DNA of 64,000 nt from an uncultured Bacteroidaceae bacterium (lineage in GTDB: Bacteria; Bacteroidota; Bacteroidia; Bacteroidales; SM23-62): the NCBI GenBank assembly GCA_963752525.1, contig CAVVYS010000006.1, positions 105,194 to 169,193 on the forward strand, read 5' to 3'. This document shows positions 11,373 to 24,735 of this stretch, in pieces (within the stretch, counting starts at the first letter, position 1; each line of letters begins with the position of its first letter). A program made the position numbers and the translations under genes. The notes below the pieces were generated by a model. The model did not search any database, was not told the DNA's origin, and saw only the letters and a list, made by a program, of their open reading frames with translations.

Positions 11373-12801
11373 TTAAAACAGTTTCTCAAGCTGCCTGACG
11401 GCAGATGCTGCCAGTGCCTCACCGGCTCCGATTTCATAGATCGTTGACCCGGGTGTGGTTTCATAACCACTGATATAAGGGGTAAACCCCTGGGGACCCT
11501 GGGTAAAGGATACTTCTGTCGGGAAATAACTGGTGTAATCATTGGCCAGACCCATTACCATGGTATTCGGACAGGGGGATTTGGTTTTAATGTCCACCCC
11601 AAATTCATTAAAGGGTTCTCCCGGAAGTCCTACAAAAGCCAGGTCTCCTACCCTGATAACCTGTACTTCAATACTGTCAACCTGATCCTGTATTTCATGC
11701 ATTTTGATCCAGTTTTCAGCATAATGTTCATCGGGTATACCGTCCTGCTGAATGGGGGGCATCCCCTCCCTGGCAACTCTTTCCATTATTTTCTCAGCCC
11801 AGGCCAATTGTTCATCGGTAATGGTGATCCGCTTTAAGAGGCACAAGTTCCTGCGATACAAGAACGTCCCCGCCTTCCACAGCTTCCTGGTTCTTAATGG
11901 CCTCCAGCGCACCTACCCCGAGCATGTACCCAATCCGTTGGGCCTCCTGGTAGGTATCAATGAACCCGTACTCATGATTGATCTGGGTTACATTTCCACA
12001 GAGTCCGTTGAAAAACATCGGGAGATAATCCTCTCCTTTTATCTTTCTGATGGATTCTACCATATATCCGGGATAATCAGCAGAATATAACCAGTTACTG
12101 CCGGTCAGATTGGTGACATGGCAGCCGAAATTGACGATGGACCCGACCTCTTTTCCTGCCTGGTTTACAGTGAAAGTTATCACCTCCGGGTCTTTGGAGA
12201 CCAAGCGAACCTTCTACCAATTCAGGATCCATGCTTTCCCATGTCATATGTACTTTCCCATCCTTACCCATCAGTCTTCTGTTATGAGAGATCCTGTCTT
12301 CTTTACTCCGTCCGGCATAAAGGGTAGATGGGGCCAGGTTCTGGTCAGCCTGTGACCACGGCATCCGCTGCCTTAAGCAAATACTCCTTTGCTTTTGGCG
12401 CTGAAAGATCAGATTTCGGTCCGCTATGGGTATGTGTTGCAAGGATCATAATATGATCCTTCTCAATTCCTGTCTCTTTCCTCGAATATATTCCTTCATA
12501 TAAGTTTGTGGATTCCTTGTGGAGGATGCATATATCAATGGTTAATACTGCTGCTTTAATCCCATTTTCACCCCTGGCGACAAAAGCCCGGGCATATAGA
12601 GGAGTCATGGACTCCCCGTGAGGCATAATCATCGCCCCGGTAGATTCCCACAAGGTCAAGTCCTACCTCCGGAGTATAATCTACTTCAGCAATTCCGACC
12701 ATAAACCCGGAATCAGATTTTGATGATTTCATATTACATGATTGAATGGTGATTAATACAATAGCTGCAGCAAATAGCGAAAGTTTACCTGAGTATTTCA
12801 T
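11373..12801 (-). CDS. Neutral/alkaline ceramidase-like hydrolase lipoprotein, split by several frameshifts
   Basis: Lipobox IQSC; GVHD/PLYARA, ATHTHSGP, NFGCH, SADYPG, FNGLCGN and LPGEPF...GLANDY motifs spread across 5 consecutive ORF fragments. Confidence 0.75.
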
Positions 12802-12960
12802 AGCTTGAAATTTATAATTGGTCCAAAAATAATACTATTATTTGGCCCATGTTATAGATCCTCTACTTTTTTAATTAGCGATTTACTCCCAAAGACAAAA
12901 TATTACTTAGCGCTTCAAAAGGGTCCGGGGTTACATCAAAAGCCCGGTGGAAAGACCCTT

Positions 12961-14902
12961 TTACCTGTTGAACCATACATTCATCTTACCAATATCCCGG
13001 TTGGCCCAGGCATAATATGGGATAAGTTTCAAGCCCTCACCCTCCAGCATATTGATACCACCCAGAAGTTCCGGATGGTAGTGTTCCTTGAAATTTGAAT
13101 TGTTATTGATCCGGGCATTCAGCACATCCACCTGGTTATCCACTTCCTCAGCGCAATAAACGACCGGCCCATACTGGACAGCATCCAGTCCCGCTTTCTG
13201 ATCCACCTTATCATTGGCAATAATGATCCTTGCCTCCATGGGCAGGTTTAACTCGATAACATCTCCCTTTTTCCATTTGCCTTGCAGGGAAACATATCCA
13301 TCCTCCAGCATGGGCATGATTTGCTTTCCATTTACCTTAAGGGAAAAGTCCTGCTCCTGCCTGTCTGTGAAGCTGAACAGATCTGACGGAACTGGCCTGT
13401 TCTGAGCCCATCCAGGTATTCGAATGCAAATGTTCGCATTCGCGGGCTTTGCTGTTCAGGATCTCCAGGCGGACCTTCCCATCCCAGGGATAATTGGATT
13501 GCTGTGAAAGGGTCAGCTTTGCTTCCCCGGGTCTCAAACGAAACCTCACTGTTCATAAAGAGATTCACATAGATATTCTCCCCCCTGGTAGCATAAGCAT
13601 ATCCGGCAACAGAAGGAACAAACCTGGACAGGTTGGAGGGGCAACAGGAGCAATTGAACCAGGGGGACCGGCCATTCTCACCCTGGTTAAAAGGGGTTTC
13701 TCCATCGTGTTGCAGGGTGTTGGGATAGAAAAACAGGGTGCCCTCCAGAGACAGCCCGGAAATAACACCATTATATAGGCTTCGTTCAAGTACATCCATG
13801 TATTTTGAATCGCCATGCAGCAGGAACATACGGTGGTTCCAGTATACATTGGCTATGGCAGCACAGGTTTCATTGTAGGGATGGTTAGGAAGTTCATAGT
13901 TTTTGCCATAGGCCTCACCGTGGGGACTGGCGCCCACTCCCCCTGTAATGGATAGTTTTTTTTCAGCTACATTTTCCCAGATCTTCCCGATGGCTTCCAG
14001 GTAAGCTGAATCACCGGTCAGGGCAGCCACATCTGCCATGGCTGAATACATGTAATTGGCCCTGACAGCATGTCCCACGGCTTCTTCTCTGTTCGGTGAC
14101 CGGAAGATGGGCCTGGCTGTATTCATGATCGATAACTTCAGCCCTGATATCGAGCAGGTGTTTTGCCAGTTGGATGTATCGTTCATCTCCGGTTACCCGG
14201 TACAGTTTGGCCAGGCCGATCTCTATCTCCTGGTGGCCAGGAACATATTTATGGCCCTTGTTGATGCAAACATCATAGATCAGGTCTGCATTTCTTGATG
14301 GCAACATCAAGGAAAGTACGTTTCCCGGTAGCCTGGTAATGAGCCACAGCTGCCTCGTACATATGTCCAACATTATAGAATTCATGGCTGGATCCGGAGG
14401 TTCCTATCCACTGTCCGTCCTCATGATAGGTGCAACATGCAGAAATCTATGTAATCATTCGCCTTGAGGGTCCAGGCAGTATAAAGATAACCATCCTCTT
14501 CCTGGGCTTCTGAAACATAATACACCAGGGAATCCAGGTAGGCTTCCATCTCCGGGTTTTCCTCTAAGCATAAGGCTGTAGGCGGCTCCTTCCATGATCT
14601 TGATACAGGTCGGAATCATTAAACCCGTAATTTCCCTGGAATTTCCCTTCCTTGATCCCGCCTGCAAAAATAAAATTATCGATCCGGCCCGTCTCCTCAC
14701 ACTTCTGGAATGAAAAAGGAATGGTTTTCTCAACGGCAGTGGTGACCCACTCCTTCCAGAATCCGTCCTGTAACTTCACCTGTGTGAAATCAACCGGAGT
14801 AATGGGATAATCCCTGGCGGTATCCGGTTCTTTCATGTCACAGTTCTGGCAAATCAGCGATGTGCACAAAAGCAGTATACTCAAAATTGCAGTTGTTTTC
14901 AT
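12961..14902 (-). CDS. Glycoside hydrolase family 127 (beta-L-arabinofuranosidase-like), frameshifted
   Basis: GRIDNF, FNDSDLY, PGHQEIEIGL, AVGHAVRANYMY, YNETCAAIA, FNCSCCP and GPVVYCAE motifs in successive fragments. Confidence 0.9.
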
Positions 14903-15234
14903 TTGATTAGCTTTTATTCTGAAATTAATGTTTTTTAGTATTTGAACTCTTCTGGTTGGCCAACAATTGGGACCTCAAAAATATGGTCATTCAAATAGGG
15001 AATTTTGTATAGCGTATTTATTTCGCCTAATATAATGGCTCTCTATTCTGTAGCTTGCGAATAGCAAGAATTCATGGTAAACATCCCAATGCTTTGACTG
15101 AAACTGCATATAAGGATTAGAATGACTATGGTATAATGTTTTGATATCTTCATGGAACTTAATTTAATTTCAAATACATATCCAAAATACGGAAAACCTA
15201 CCAAGAACAGATAAATTTATTCATTCCATTTAAT

Positions 15235-15594
15235 ATGAGAACTTTGCTGACTTCAAGCCTGACATTGCTCAAAATGAATACCATTTTCCTGATTAGCCTG
15301 ATGATTATGAGGAACCGACTTATGGGGGATGGGGAGGCAGATTTTATAAAGTAGAAGGTTTGGAGAATGTATATGCCGATGTTTCTGCTGGATAGTATAC
15401 CAGGTGGATTGAAGCCGCGAACAGGGACTTATGATGGAATGGTTCGGATTGATGATCCTTTAGGCCAGACGATTAGCTTTGTAGCAGCGGAAGTTGAACA
15501 GCCCAACACAATTCATATCATACTCGAAGTCAGAGACCGGGGAGAACCAGCACTATTTTCATTTCAGCGGATACTAATATCAGTATTGCCTTAA
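15235..15594 (+). pseudogene. Decayed DUF1593 (nucleoside-hydrolase-like) gene remnant
   Basis: A signal-like start is fused to PTYGGWGGRF, followed by an in-frame TAG, then RWIEAANRD, then a jump to the C-terminal IHIILEVRDRGEPALFSFQR. Most of the protein is missing. Confidence 0.65.
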
Positions 15595-15654
15595 ATCATG
15601 ATCCATTACAAACAGACTGAGGTATACCTGCAAGGGTAAGCAGGTTCTGTAAAA

Positions 15655-18023
15655 TCATTCATACCTCAAAGCATCCACCGGATTCTTGCGGGCGGCTTTC
15701 AAGGTTTGTCCCAGTGTGATCAGTGTTTCAAATAGGAAAACCAGCAGGATACTGCCTGCAAATATCCACCAGTACAATGGTATTCGTACCGCATAACCAT
15801 TCAACCATTTATTCAGGTACATCCAGCAAAAGGGCAGGGCTATCAATGAAGCTATAACTGTCCATATAAGGGTTGACTTATAGATCATTACAATCATTTC
15901 GCGTGTAGAACCTCCATTCACTTTTCTGATCCCAATTTCCTTGGTCCGGCTGATAATATTATGGGTTACCAGTGCATAAATCCCCATGATCACAATGATA
16001 ATGGATAGGATGGATCCGGCCCCCAGAATATTGCGAAGTCTTTCTTCTTTTGTATAATATCTTTTATAGATGTCAGTGGCGAACTCATTGAGCATAATAT
16101 AATCCTGGTCAAATGATTTCATTGTTCTGTTAATCTGAGCAAGTGTTTCTGCCATATCTGCCTTGGGTGCAATTCTGACAGGAATATTTCCTATCCGGTC
16201 AGAATAGGCAGTCATCATCAGAGGCTGAATATCCTTTGCCGCTGATTCGTAATGAAAATCTTCGATCACCCCAATCACTTCCATTGGATCTTCCCACATA
16301 GATACAGATTCACCAACGATCTTTTCAGGAGTGCTGCCCAGCATCTGCACAGCTGCTTCATTCAGAAGTACTCCAGACCTGTCAGAGATCCTGTCGGGAT
16401 CGAAAAACCTTCCATTCATCAGCTTGAATTGATACAGTTTGCAAAGACCCGGATGAATCCGGTACTCAGAAATTGATTTACTCTGGCTCGGTGAATCACC
16501 ATAGTTCCTGACTCCCTGGCCACTAAAACCCGATCCTATAAAATGACCGGATGCTGCTACCTGTTCCACACCCGGAATGTTCAGCAACCTGTCACGCATG
16601 GCAGGATAAGATTCGATGAGCTGTTGGTTAAGATTATGAATCAGCACAATATTTTCCGGATTGTACCCGGGTGACAGGTTTTTCAGATGCCGTGATCTGG
16701 GCATTGATCCCGATTAGGGTCGGCCAGGAGAATGATGGTAATCGAGATCTGAAATACACTGACCATCTTGAGTAGCATTTTTTTATCCCCGGCCGGATTT
16801 ACAGTTCCCTGAATCAGGGGAATAACTTCTGACCTGCTCAGCATAAGGGCCGGGTAGAATCCCGAAATCAGGATGGTGCCAGTGTAAACAGCCAGCAGTA
16901 TAAGATATAGCCCGGGAGTTCTCAGAACAGAAACGAATGATTCCCTTTGCATGATCTTTCCGAAATCAGGGATAAGGACCAGGGTGATAATAACTCCGGC
17001 CAAAAAGGAGATGGTAACTAAAACAAGGGTTTCCAGATAGAACTGGCCGATCAGTGTCTTGCGTTCGCGCACCATTAACCTTCCTGATACCGATCTCCCT
17101 TGAACGCCTGGCCCCGTTCAGTATATAGAGGTTTACAAAATTAGACAATGCAAGCAACATCACAATGATTGCGATAGCCAGCATATTATATATGGTTTTC
17201 ACGTTTCCCGATGGGGAAAGGTCCTTAATGGCTGTCGTATAGAGGTGAAGCCTTTCAAGTGGCTCTGTGCTTGAAGTAAAAGTGGAACTTTCGTAATTGG
17301 CAAACCTCTCCGTAAGTATCCTGGAATTCTGGTCACGGATGATTTTGAGCACCGACTGATGATCGGGGCCTTCTTCCAACAAAAAATAAGTAAAAAATTC
17401 CAACCCACCCAGGTTCTCCAGGTTTGAAACAGCCTCCATGGGCATCATCATATCAAACTGAAAATGCGTATTGGCTGGTATGTTTTCAATAACTGCAACT
17501 ACCATATAGGACTGCTTCTCCATTTCTATACTCTCCCCAATAACGTCATCAGTTCCAAAGATCCTGCGGGCAATTTTCTCAGTAATGACAACTTCATTGA
17601 TCCCAGTCAGGGCATTCTCCAGATTCCCGCTTATTAGCTTTAGATCAAAAAGGTCGAAAAACCCGGGATCTGAATATAGTAGCCTGATGTCTTTAAATCT
17701 ATTTTCCCCATAACTCACTTCCGGTCGTCCTCCCTGATAGACCTGGATGGTTTTCTCCACGCCTGCTACCTGGGACGGAATATCTGTGTAGGCTGCCCTG
17801 AGATTGATTGGCAGGACCAGGGACTCCCCCTTATCCGTCCAAATCGAATTCAGCCTGTAGATCCGTTCGGAGTTTTTAAAATGTTTGTCAAAGCTTAGTT
17901 CATACTGGATAAATACGGTAAGCAATATGGCAGCGGCCAGTCCGAATGGAAAGACCGGTCATGTTGGTAATCAAGCGATACGGAATCTCGTTTGATGATT
18001 CGGAAAATGCTTGTAAGGGTCAT
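15655..18023 (-). CDS. MacB/FtsX-family ABC transporter permease, frameshifted
   Basis: ELSFDKHF..RIYRL, RSREIGIRKVNG, RTKEIGIRKVNGG and AARKNPVDALRYE motifs. Confidence 0.9.
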
Positions 18024-18259
18024 CGGTATATTAAATTGATTTAGTTAGCATTTCAGGCCTTTGGGCAAGAGCATATAAAGTTCAATAAAACTGAAATGCA
18101 AATCAAGTAATCTAGTGACGATTATAAACTCACTTTATTACCTACAAAACCGCTGATTGCTGGCAATTGAGGTTAAACCAGATATCATTAATAAATCACA
18201 TAATTGCCATAAGCCCAAAACTATTCGTAATTTTATTTGCTGGAAAAACAAAACCGGAA

Positions 18260-21200
18260 ATCTGAAAAATACTATTCTCATACCTGAGTATTACTATTGC
18301 TTATCGCTTCCTGCAAAAGAGACCAGCAGAGTACATCTGATGAAATGGTTTCATTGTATCCTGCTCCGAAAACAATTGCTGTAAACACCAGAGAAGGTTA
18401 CCAATCAATTCTGTTACAGGAGACAGCATTCGGCCCATTATTAATTCATTGGGTGATACCCTAAAAACAGGGGTACCTGTTCCGGCCAGAGGCAAGGCCA
18501 TCCATCCCGACAGTGTTGCCCAACCCAAAATAATTCCTGCTGGTGAACCAAGGATGGTATCCGCTCACCTTAACATGCATGAAATACCGGAAGCCCTCAC
18601 CATCATTGCGGTAAATAAAAACTCCCTGGAAACTTTTACTCCCGGTGTAGATACTTCTTCTTTTGTACTGGTTAACTCTACTGGAGATACTAGTACCTAC
18701 AGGTGTGCCCTTACCCATTTCTGGGACGGTTGTGCCCTGCCATGCAACCACATCCTGTTAAGGCTTCACCTCCACACATGAAAGATAATGCCAGCATTAA
18801 TATAAAATACCTGGACGTAGACCAGGGGATGAATTCGTCTTATGTTATATCCAGCCTGGAAGATAGCCATGGCAATCTATGGTTCGGAACCTGGGGTGGA
18901 GGGGTAAGCAGGTATAATGGCGAAACATTTACACATTTTACCCAGTGAAGAAGGCTTAAGTAATAATCGTGTCTATTCCATCCTGGAGGATAGGCAGGGT
19001 AATCTATGGTTCGGTACATATTTGGGTGGGGTGAGCAGGTATGATGGCGAAACCTTTACGCATTTTACTGAAAAAGAGGGATTAAGCAACAATACTGTCA
19101 GATCCATTATTAAGGACAGTCATGGCAATCTATGGTTCGGCACAGGTGGTGGAGGGGTGAGCAGGTATAATGGAGAAACCATTACACATTTTACACAGAA
19201 AGAAGGATTAAGCAATAATTATGTTTGGTCCATCCTGGAGGACAGCCACGGCTATTTCTGGTTCGGTACGGAAGGCGGAGGGGTGAGCAAATATGATGGC
19301 GAAACATTTACGCATTTTACTGAAAAAGAGGGATTAAGCAGCAATAATGTCAGATCCGTATTGGAAGACAGCCATGGCAATCTTTGGTTTGGCACTGGTG
19401 GCGGAGGGGTAAGTAAATTTGATGGCGAATCATTTACGCATTTTACTGAAAAAGAGGGATTAAGTAATAATAATGTCAGATCCATATTGGAGGATAGCCA
19501 TGGCGATCTATGGTTTTCCACTGATGGCGGAGGTGTGAACAGGTATGATGGAGAAACCTTTACACATTTTACCGAAGAAGAGGGATTAAGCAATAATTAT
19601 AACTGGTCCATCATGGAGGACAGCCAGTGGCAATCTTTGGTTTGGCACATGGGCCGGAGGGGTGAGCGTGTATAACGGAAATTCATTTACGCATTTTACT
19701 GAAAAAGAGGGATTAAGTAACAATATTGTATGGTCTATCCTGGAGGATAGCCAGGGTAATCACTGGTTCAGCACAGAAGGCGGAGGTGTAGTCATGTATA
19801 ATGGCGAATCATTTACGCATTTTACTGAAATTGAGGGATTAAGCAGCAGAAATGTCAGATCCATTCTGGAAGATAGCCATGGTAATCTATGGTTCGGTAC
19901 AGGAGGCAGTGGAGTAAGTATGTATAGTGGGGAATTTTTTACACATTTTACTGTAAGAAGAGGGATTAAGTAGCAACAATGTCAGAACCATAAAGGAGGA
20001 TAGCCATGGCAATCTATGGTTTGGAACTGGTGGCGGAGGGGTAAGCAGGTATAATGGCAAAACATTTACACATTTTACTGAAAAAGAGGGATTAAGCAAT
20101 AATATTGTCCGGGCTATCCTGGAGGACAGTCATGGAAATCTATGGTTTGGCACCAGGGGTGGAGGGGTTAGCATGTATAATGGTGAAACATTTACACATT
20201 ATACTACAAAAGAGGGATTAAGTAGTAATACAATCCTGTCAATTTTGGAGGACAGCCATGGCAATATATGGTTCGGAACCGGAGGTGGAGGTGTGAGTAA
20301 GTATAATGGTGAAACATTTACGCATTTTACTGAAAGAGAGGGATTAAGTAATAATATTGTCTATTCCGTCCTGGAGGACTCCAATGGTAATATATGGCTA
20401 AGCACAGAAAAGGGTTTAAATTGCCTGGTACCTGGAACGGATGTTATTCATACCTATGGCCAGCAGGATGGACTGAAAGGCATAGATTTCTATATAAACT
20501 CTGTATTATTGGACAGTAAAAACCGCATCTGGTGGGGCAGCAGTAAAAGTCTTACTATGTTGGACCTGAATTATTTTCAAGATCCCGGTTGAGCCACCAG
20601 TCCTGCAACTGAATAGAATAGAAATTGACGAGCTGTTTGCAGATTACCGCCATTTGACAATTGAAGACAGAAAAGAGATTGATTTCAATGGGGTGGCAAA
20701 GTTTTATAATTACCCTCTAAACCTGGAACTACCGTACAACAATAATCACCTGACCTTCCATTTTTCTGCCATTGACTGGTATGCTCCGCATAAAATAAAG
20801 TACAGTTACAAAATGGAGGGATTAAATGATCCCTGGAGTATACCAACATCAGAAGCCAAAGCAGATTACCGCAGTATGCCTTTTGGCACCTATACTTTTA
20901 AAGTGCGCGCCATTGGTGAAGCACAAAAGTGGAGCAAACCCTTTGATTATACATTTACCATAAACCCACCCTGGTGGCATACCTGGTGGGCAAGGGCTGG
21001 ATATGGCATAGCAACCTTGATGATTTTTATCGGATTTGGACGTTGGCGTACTGCCAAAATAAAACAACAGCAGAAAGAATTGGAAGCTGAAGTAGCCAAT
21101 GCTACTGTATTAATTAGAGCGCAGAAAGAAAAGGTTGAAAACCAACGAGATGAGATTGAAGCCCAGAAAGAAGAAATAGAATCTCAGCGGGACGAGGTTG

Positions 21201-22071
21201 TAGCGACAAATGAGGCCCTGGAAAAACATGAACGTGAGTTAAAGTTCACACTGGAAAATCTCAAATTAACGCAGTCCCAGTTAATCCAATCTGAAAAAAT
21301 GGCCTCTGTGGGATTACTTACTGCAGGAATAGCCCATGAATTGAACAACCCCATAAATTTCATGAGTGGTAATGTAAATCCCCTGCTGCGGGATGTGAAT
21401 GACATTTTTACTCTCATAGAGAAATATGACGAGATCATTAAGTCTAACAAACTTGAAGGTTCCTTTAGCGAAGTAGACCAGTTAAAAAGGGAGATGGACT
21501 TTTCATTTTTAGTAAAAGAGATATATAAACCTGTTGGAAGGAATTGAGGATGGCGCCAGCAGATCCAGTCAAATTGTGAAAGGTCTGCGCAGTTTTTCAA
21601 GACTTGATGAAGAGAAGTGCCAACTCTATGATATTCATGATGGAATTGATTCAACCTTAATATTATTGCATAACAAAATCAAGGACAGGATCAAAGTCCA
21701 AAAGGAATATGGGGAATTTGAGGAAGTAGAGTGCTTTCCCAGCAAACTCAACCAGGTCATTATGAATATTCTAACCAACAGCATCCAGGCCATAGATGGT
21801 AAAGGTGAAATATTCATTCAAACGGTTAGCAGTGCTATTGGAATAAAGATTATCATTAAGGACAATGGAAAAGGGATGGCCCCTGAAGTGAAAGAACATA
21901 TTTTTGAACCATTCTACACGACCAAAGGAGGTGGGGGAAGGAACCGGACTGGGTCTTTCAATCAGCTATGGAATCATTGAACAGCATAACGGAAATATTG
22001 ATGTTATTTCCGAACCTGGTAAAGGCACTGAATTTATTATTTCCCTGCCGAAAACTCAATCTGATAACTGA
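18260..22071 (+). CDS. Sensor histidine kinase with Reg_prop beta-propeller repeats, Y_Y_Y domain, TM helix, coiled coil, HisKA and HATPase; multiple frameshifts; start approximate
   Basis: [12 protein letters not shown] repeats; YSYKMEG...GTYTFKVRA; PPWWHTWW; [22 protein letters not shown]; [15 protein letters not shown] and [13 protein letters not shown]...GKGTEF ending in TGA at 22071. Confidence 0.9.
18808..20430 (+). repeat. About 13 tandem 126-bp (42-aa) propeller-blade repeats inside the histidine kinase
   Basis: The unit cattttactgaaaaagagggattaag...ggcaatctatggttcgg recurs at 126-bp spacing (for example 19061, 19187, 19313, 19439, 19565). Confidence 0.92.
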
Positions 22072-23169
22072 CAAGTTTAAAAGCCTGCTGACTATCTCAA
22101 TTAAATCCAGATTTTCACTGCCATCATTATTGACCAGTCCAAACTGGCCGCTTTTATAGTTCCAGTTCGCCGAACCGACATTATTTTCCTTAAATATCTC
22201 CATCATGTCGGTATACCAGCGCAAACGATCTTCTTCGGGTGCACCTTTCAAAACACCGTATTCACCGCAATACAAAGGCAGATTTAATTCCTTTGCCTTT
22301 CTGAAAGGCTTCTCCATCATATCTGTCATTACCTGCTTGTTAAATTCCTTTCCTATCCAGTCTTTAGCTTCATCTTTCAGATCTTCCTGGAGAGCATCAA
22401 ATTCCTCCTGTGTTAAGATCACCCCCGGGTAGCTCACTGGACCGGTATAATCCTTTAGACCTGTCCAGGATGCATGGTAATGAGTCAGCAAAAACGGCTC
22501 GTAAAAATGATAACTCAATATGATATTTTTGTCATCAGGCACTTTCAATTCATCAAATGTACTGGCCGACTGCCAGCGGTTGGAACCAATCACAATCAAT
22601 CGCTCAGGTTCCATTTCCCGGATAGCAGCAAAACACCTGGCCAATAATTTATTCCAGTCTTCAGCCTCATCTGCCACTGCTTCATTCATTAGCTCATAGG
22701 CAACCATAGAAACCGGATACTTTTTTAAAGCGGATGAAAGATCACGCCAGAGATCGCAAAATTTTTCCTGTTCCCTGGGATCCGTCCAAAGTGGTTTTTC
22801 TTCTGCATTGAAATGATGGGAACGCAAAATATGGAGATCAATAATTACACAAAGGTTGTTTTTTATGCTCCATTCTACACAGTTGGTCATAATTTCAAAG
22901 GCTTCATTATGACGATTGCCCTGTTCATCCCACATCTGTTCTTCATCAATGGGCAGGCGCACATGTTCAAATCCCAATTCAGCAATATACTCAAAGTCTT
23001 TCTCCTGGATAAATAGCTGACGCTCCTCCCCTCTTTTCCCGCTTTGCGAAAGCCAATGGGCCAGGTTGGTCCCTTTGCCAATTACAAAATCAGAAGGTGA
23101 ATTTTTTTGCTCCGAAGTACAAGACACAATTGTCAAGGATGCTATTAATACAAGAATGATTTTTTTCAT
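21958..23169 (-). CDS. Glycoside hydrolase family 5 lipoprotein (the true 3' end may be near 22077)
   Basis: Lipobox IVSC; HVRLPID, IIDLH, YELMNEA (acid/base), YHFYEP and LYCGEYG (nucleophile) motifs. As called, it overlaps the convergent kinase by about 114 bp. Confidence 0.92.
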   Translation of the reverse strand: MKKIILVLIASLTIVSCTSEQKNSPSDFVIGKGTNLAHWLSQSGKRGEERQLFIQEKDFEYIAELGFEHVRLPIDEEQMWDEQGNRHNEAFEIMTNCVEWSIKNNLCVIIDLHILRSHHFNAEEKPLWTDPREQEKFCDLWRDLSSALKKYPVSMVAYELMNEAVADEAEDWNKLLARCFAAIREMEPERLIVIGSNRWQSASTFDELKVPDDKNIILSYHFYEPFLLTHYHASWTGLKDYTGPVSYPGVILTQEEFDALQEDLKDEAKDWIGKEFNKQVMTDMMEKPFRKAKELNLPLYCGEYGVLKGAPEEDRLRWYTDMMEIFKENNVGSANWNYKSGQFGLVNNDGSENLDLIEIVSRLLNLSVIRLSFRQGNNKFSAFTRFGNNINISVMLFNDSIAD

Positions 23170-23189
23170 ATTAGTAGCCTTTATTCATT

Positions 23190-24462
23190 TTACCTTTCAC
23201 CTGGTTCAGTGTTGATTTTCTTCATTTCTTCCGGTGTAAAATTGACATCTCCTGTAATATCCGCTGGAACCCAGCATTGTTCAAGAGGTGCAACAACCGG
23301 GGTCTGGATGGGTATTACATATTCTTCTATACCTTCAGCATTCTTTTCAATGCTGCCACCAGCGCTTACAACAGCCTCTCTGGACAATGATTCACATACC
23401 TTTAACAGGGAAGGGAAATCATACGCAGTAAAAGAAAATTTTGTGGTATTGTCAATTCCTGTTTTGTATTTTTCCGGCAGGTTTTCAAACCCCAGGGATG
23501 TGGCCAGGATTCCCGCAGCATTTGAAGGATTACAATCAGAGTCCATGTCCACATCGCATTGACACAATAATGGTATTATCCATATCTCCCTCACCATAAA
23601 GCAGTCCCATTACAATGTAAGCACCATTTAATTTTGCATCGATATTAAAATCAGTAGCTGTTCCATTGCAGCTAAACTTCCTGTACTCATGGTTCAGGTT
23701 ATATTTATCTTCAATCAGCTGCCAGGTTTCTTGCCAGTCATCCGGGTTTTCTTTATGCCAAATTAAAACATCCCGGATGGCTTCTCCATATTGGCTTTCT
23801 GCCGGGATACAAGCTAATCCGGCCTGAATAATTTTAGTAATATCTTTCTCAAAAAATGCCTCAGCATACATTGCTCCAACAAACTGGCCTCCATAAAGTC
23901 CGTCTCCATAGTTCATTAATCGGCCAAACTTTTCTCCCAGGTCTATCACAGTCTGTGGCATGCCGGGAGATATCAGTCCAGAAAAATCAGCTTCAATTTG
24001 ATAATCAATATCATCAGCATGCGAATTATATTTTGGATGCCCGGAATATGGCGGAGCAATACCCGAACGCAGATTCTCCCGGCCATAACGGTTGGCATGC
24101 CACAACCTATACTGGCTGTTGGCAAAATCTATCCCGGCTTGCCTTATAGAAACATCGAAGCCATAATCTTCGAGTGTTTTTAAAAATGTCATTTCTACAT
24201 AAATATCATCCTGGTATTGTTGATTAATCATGTCTGGTTTCCATTCTGGCACTTTTTCCTCGGGAATGATGATTCCTTTGAATTTAAATTCTGTTGGTGC
24301 TCCCCAGCCCACGCCTGCCATCTGACCAAGCCACCCGGCTTTCATTCTGCTCTGATATTCCTCAACAGATATTCTTCTAAAATCATTCTTTGTGCTGCAG
24401 CTAATCAAGCATATAATTAATATCAAAACTCCCACGGAAGTAATTATTTTCTGCGCTTTCAT
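23190..24462 (-). CDS. ADP-ribosylglycohydrolase family lipoprotein, one frameshift near 23550
   Basis: Lipobox LISC; GQMAGVGWGAPTE, QDDIYVE, DIDYQIEAD and G.DSDCNPSNAAG motifs. Confidence 0.85.
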
Positions 24463-24735
24463 TATTGCTGGTTTATAATAATGGCACCTAAAGTTATGCT
24501 TTCAAGAGTCAAAATCCAATATAAACATGCCTGGTCTATCATTAATGAAAGCAACGGAGTATACGTGGATTAAATTACATTGAACAAGGAAAGAGCGAGG
24601 AGGAGACAAGTAATTGACTGACCAAATCCGGATTGGGAACTCGGGATTTTATGGTGGAACGGGAAATAAGGTCAATCTCACGAGAAAGACGGTGCTGATG
24701 AAATAGTATGAACTAACCTGCAAAAGAAACTCCTT

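Noticed and set aside
18808-20430. Tandem repeats as a CRISPR array
   Set aside because: The units are 126-bp in-frame coding repeats with no unique spacers, and there are no cas genes.
21958-22071. 114-bp convergent overlap between the GH5 gene and the histidine kinase
   Set aside because: Probably an artefact: removing one base near 22088 would end GH5 at about 22077, and this segment is indel-rich.
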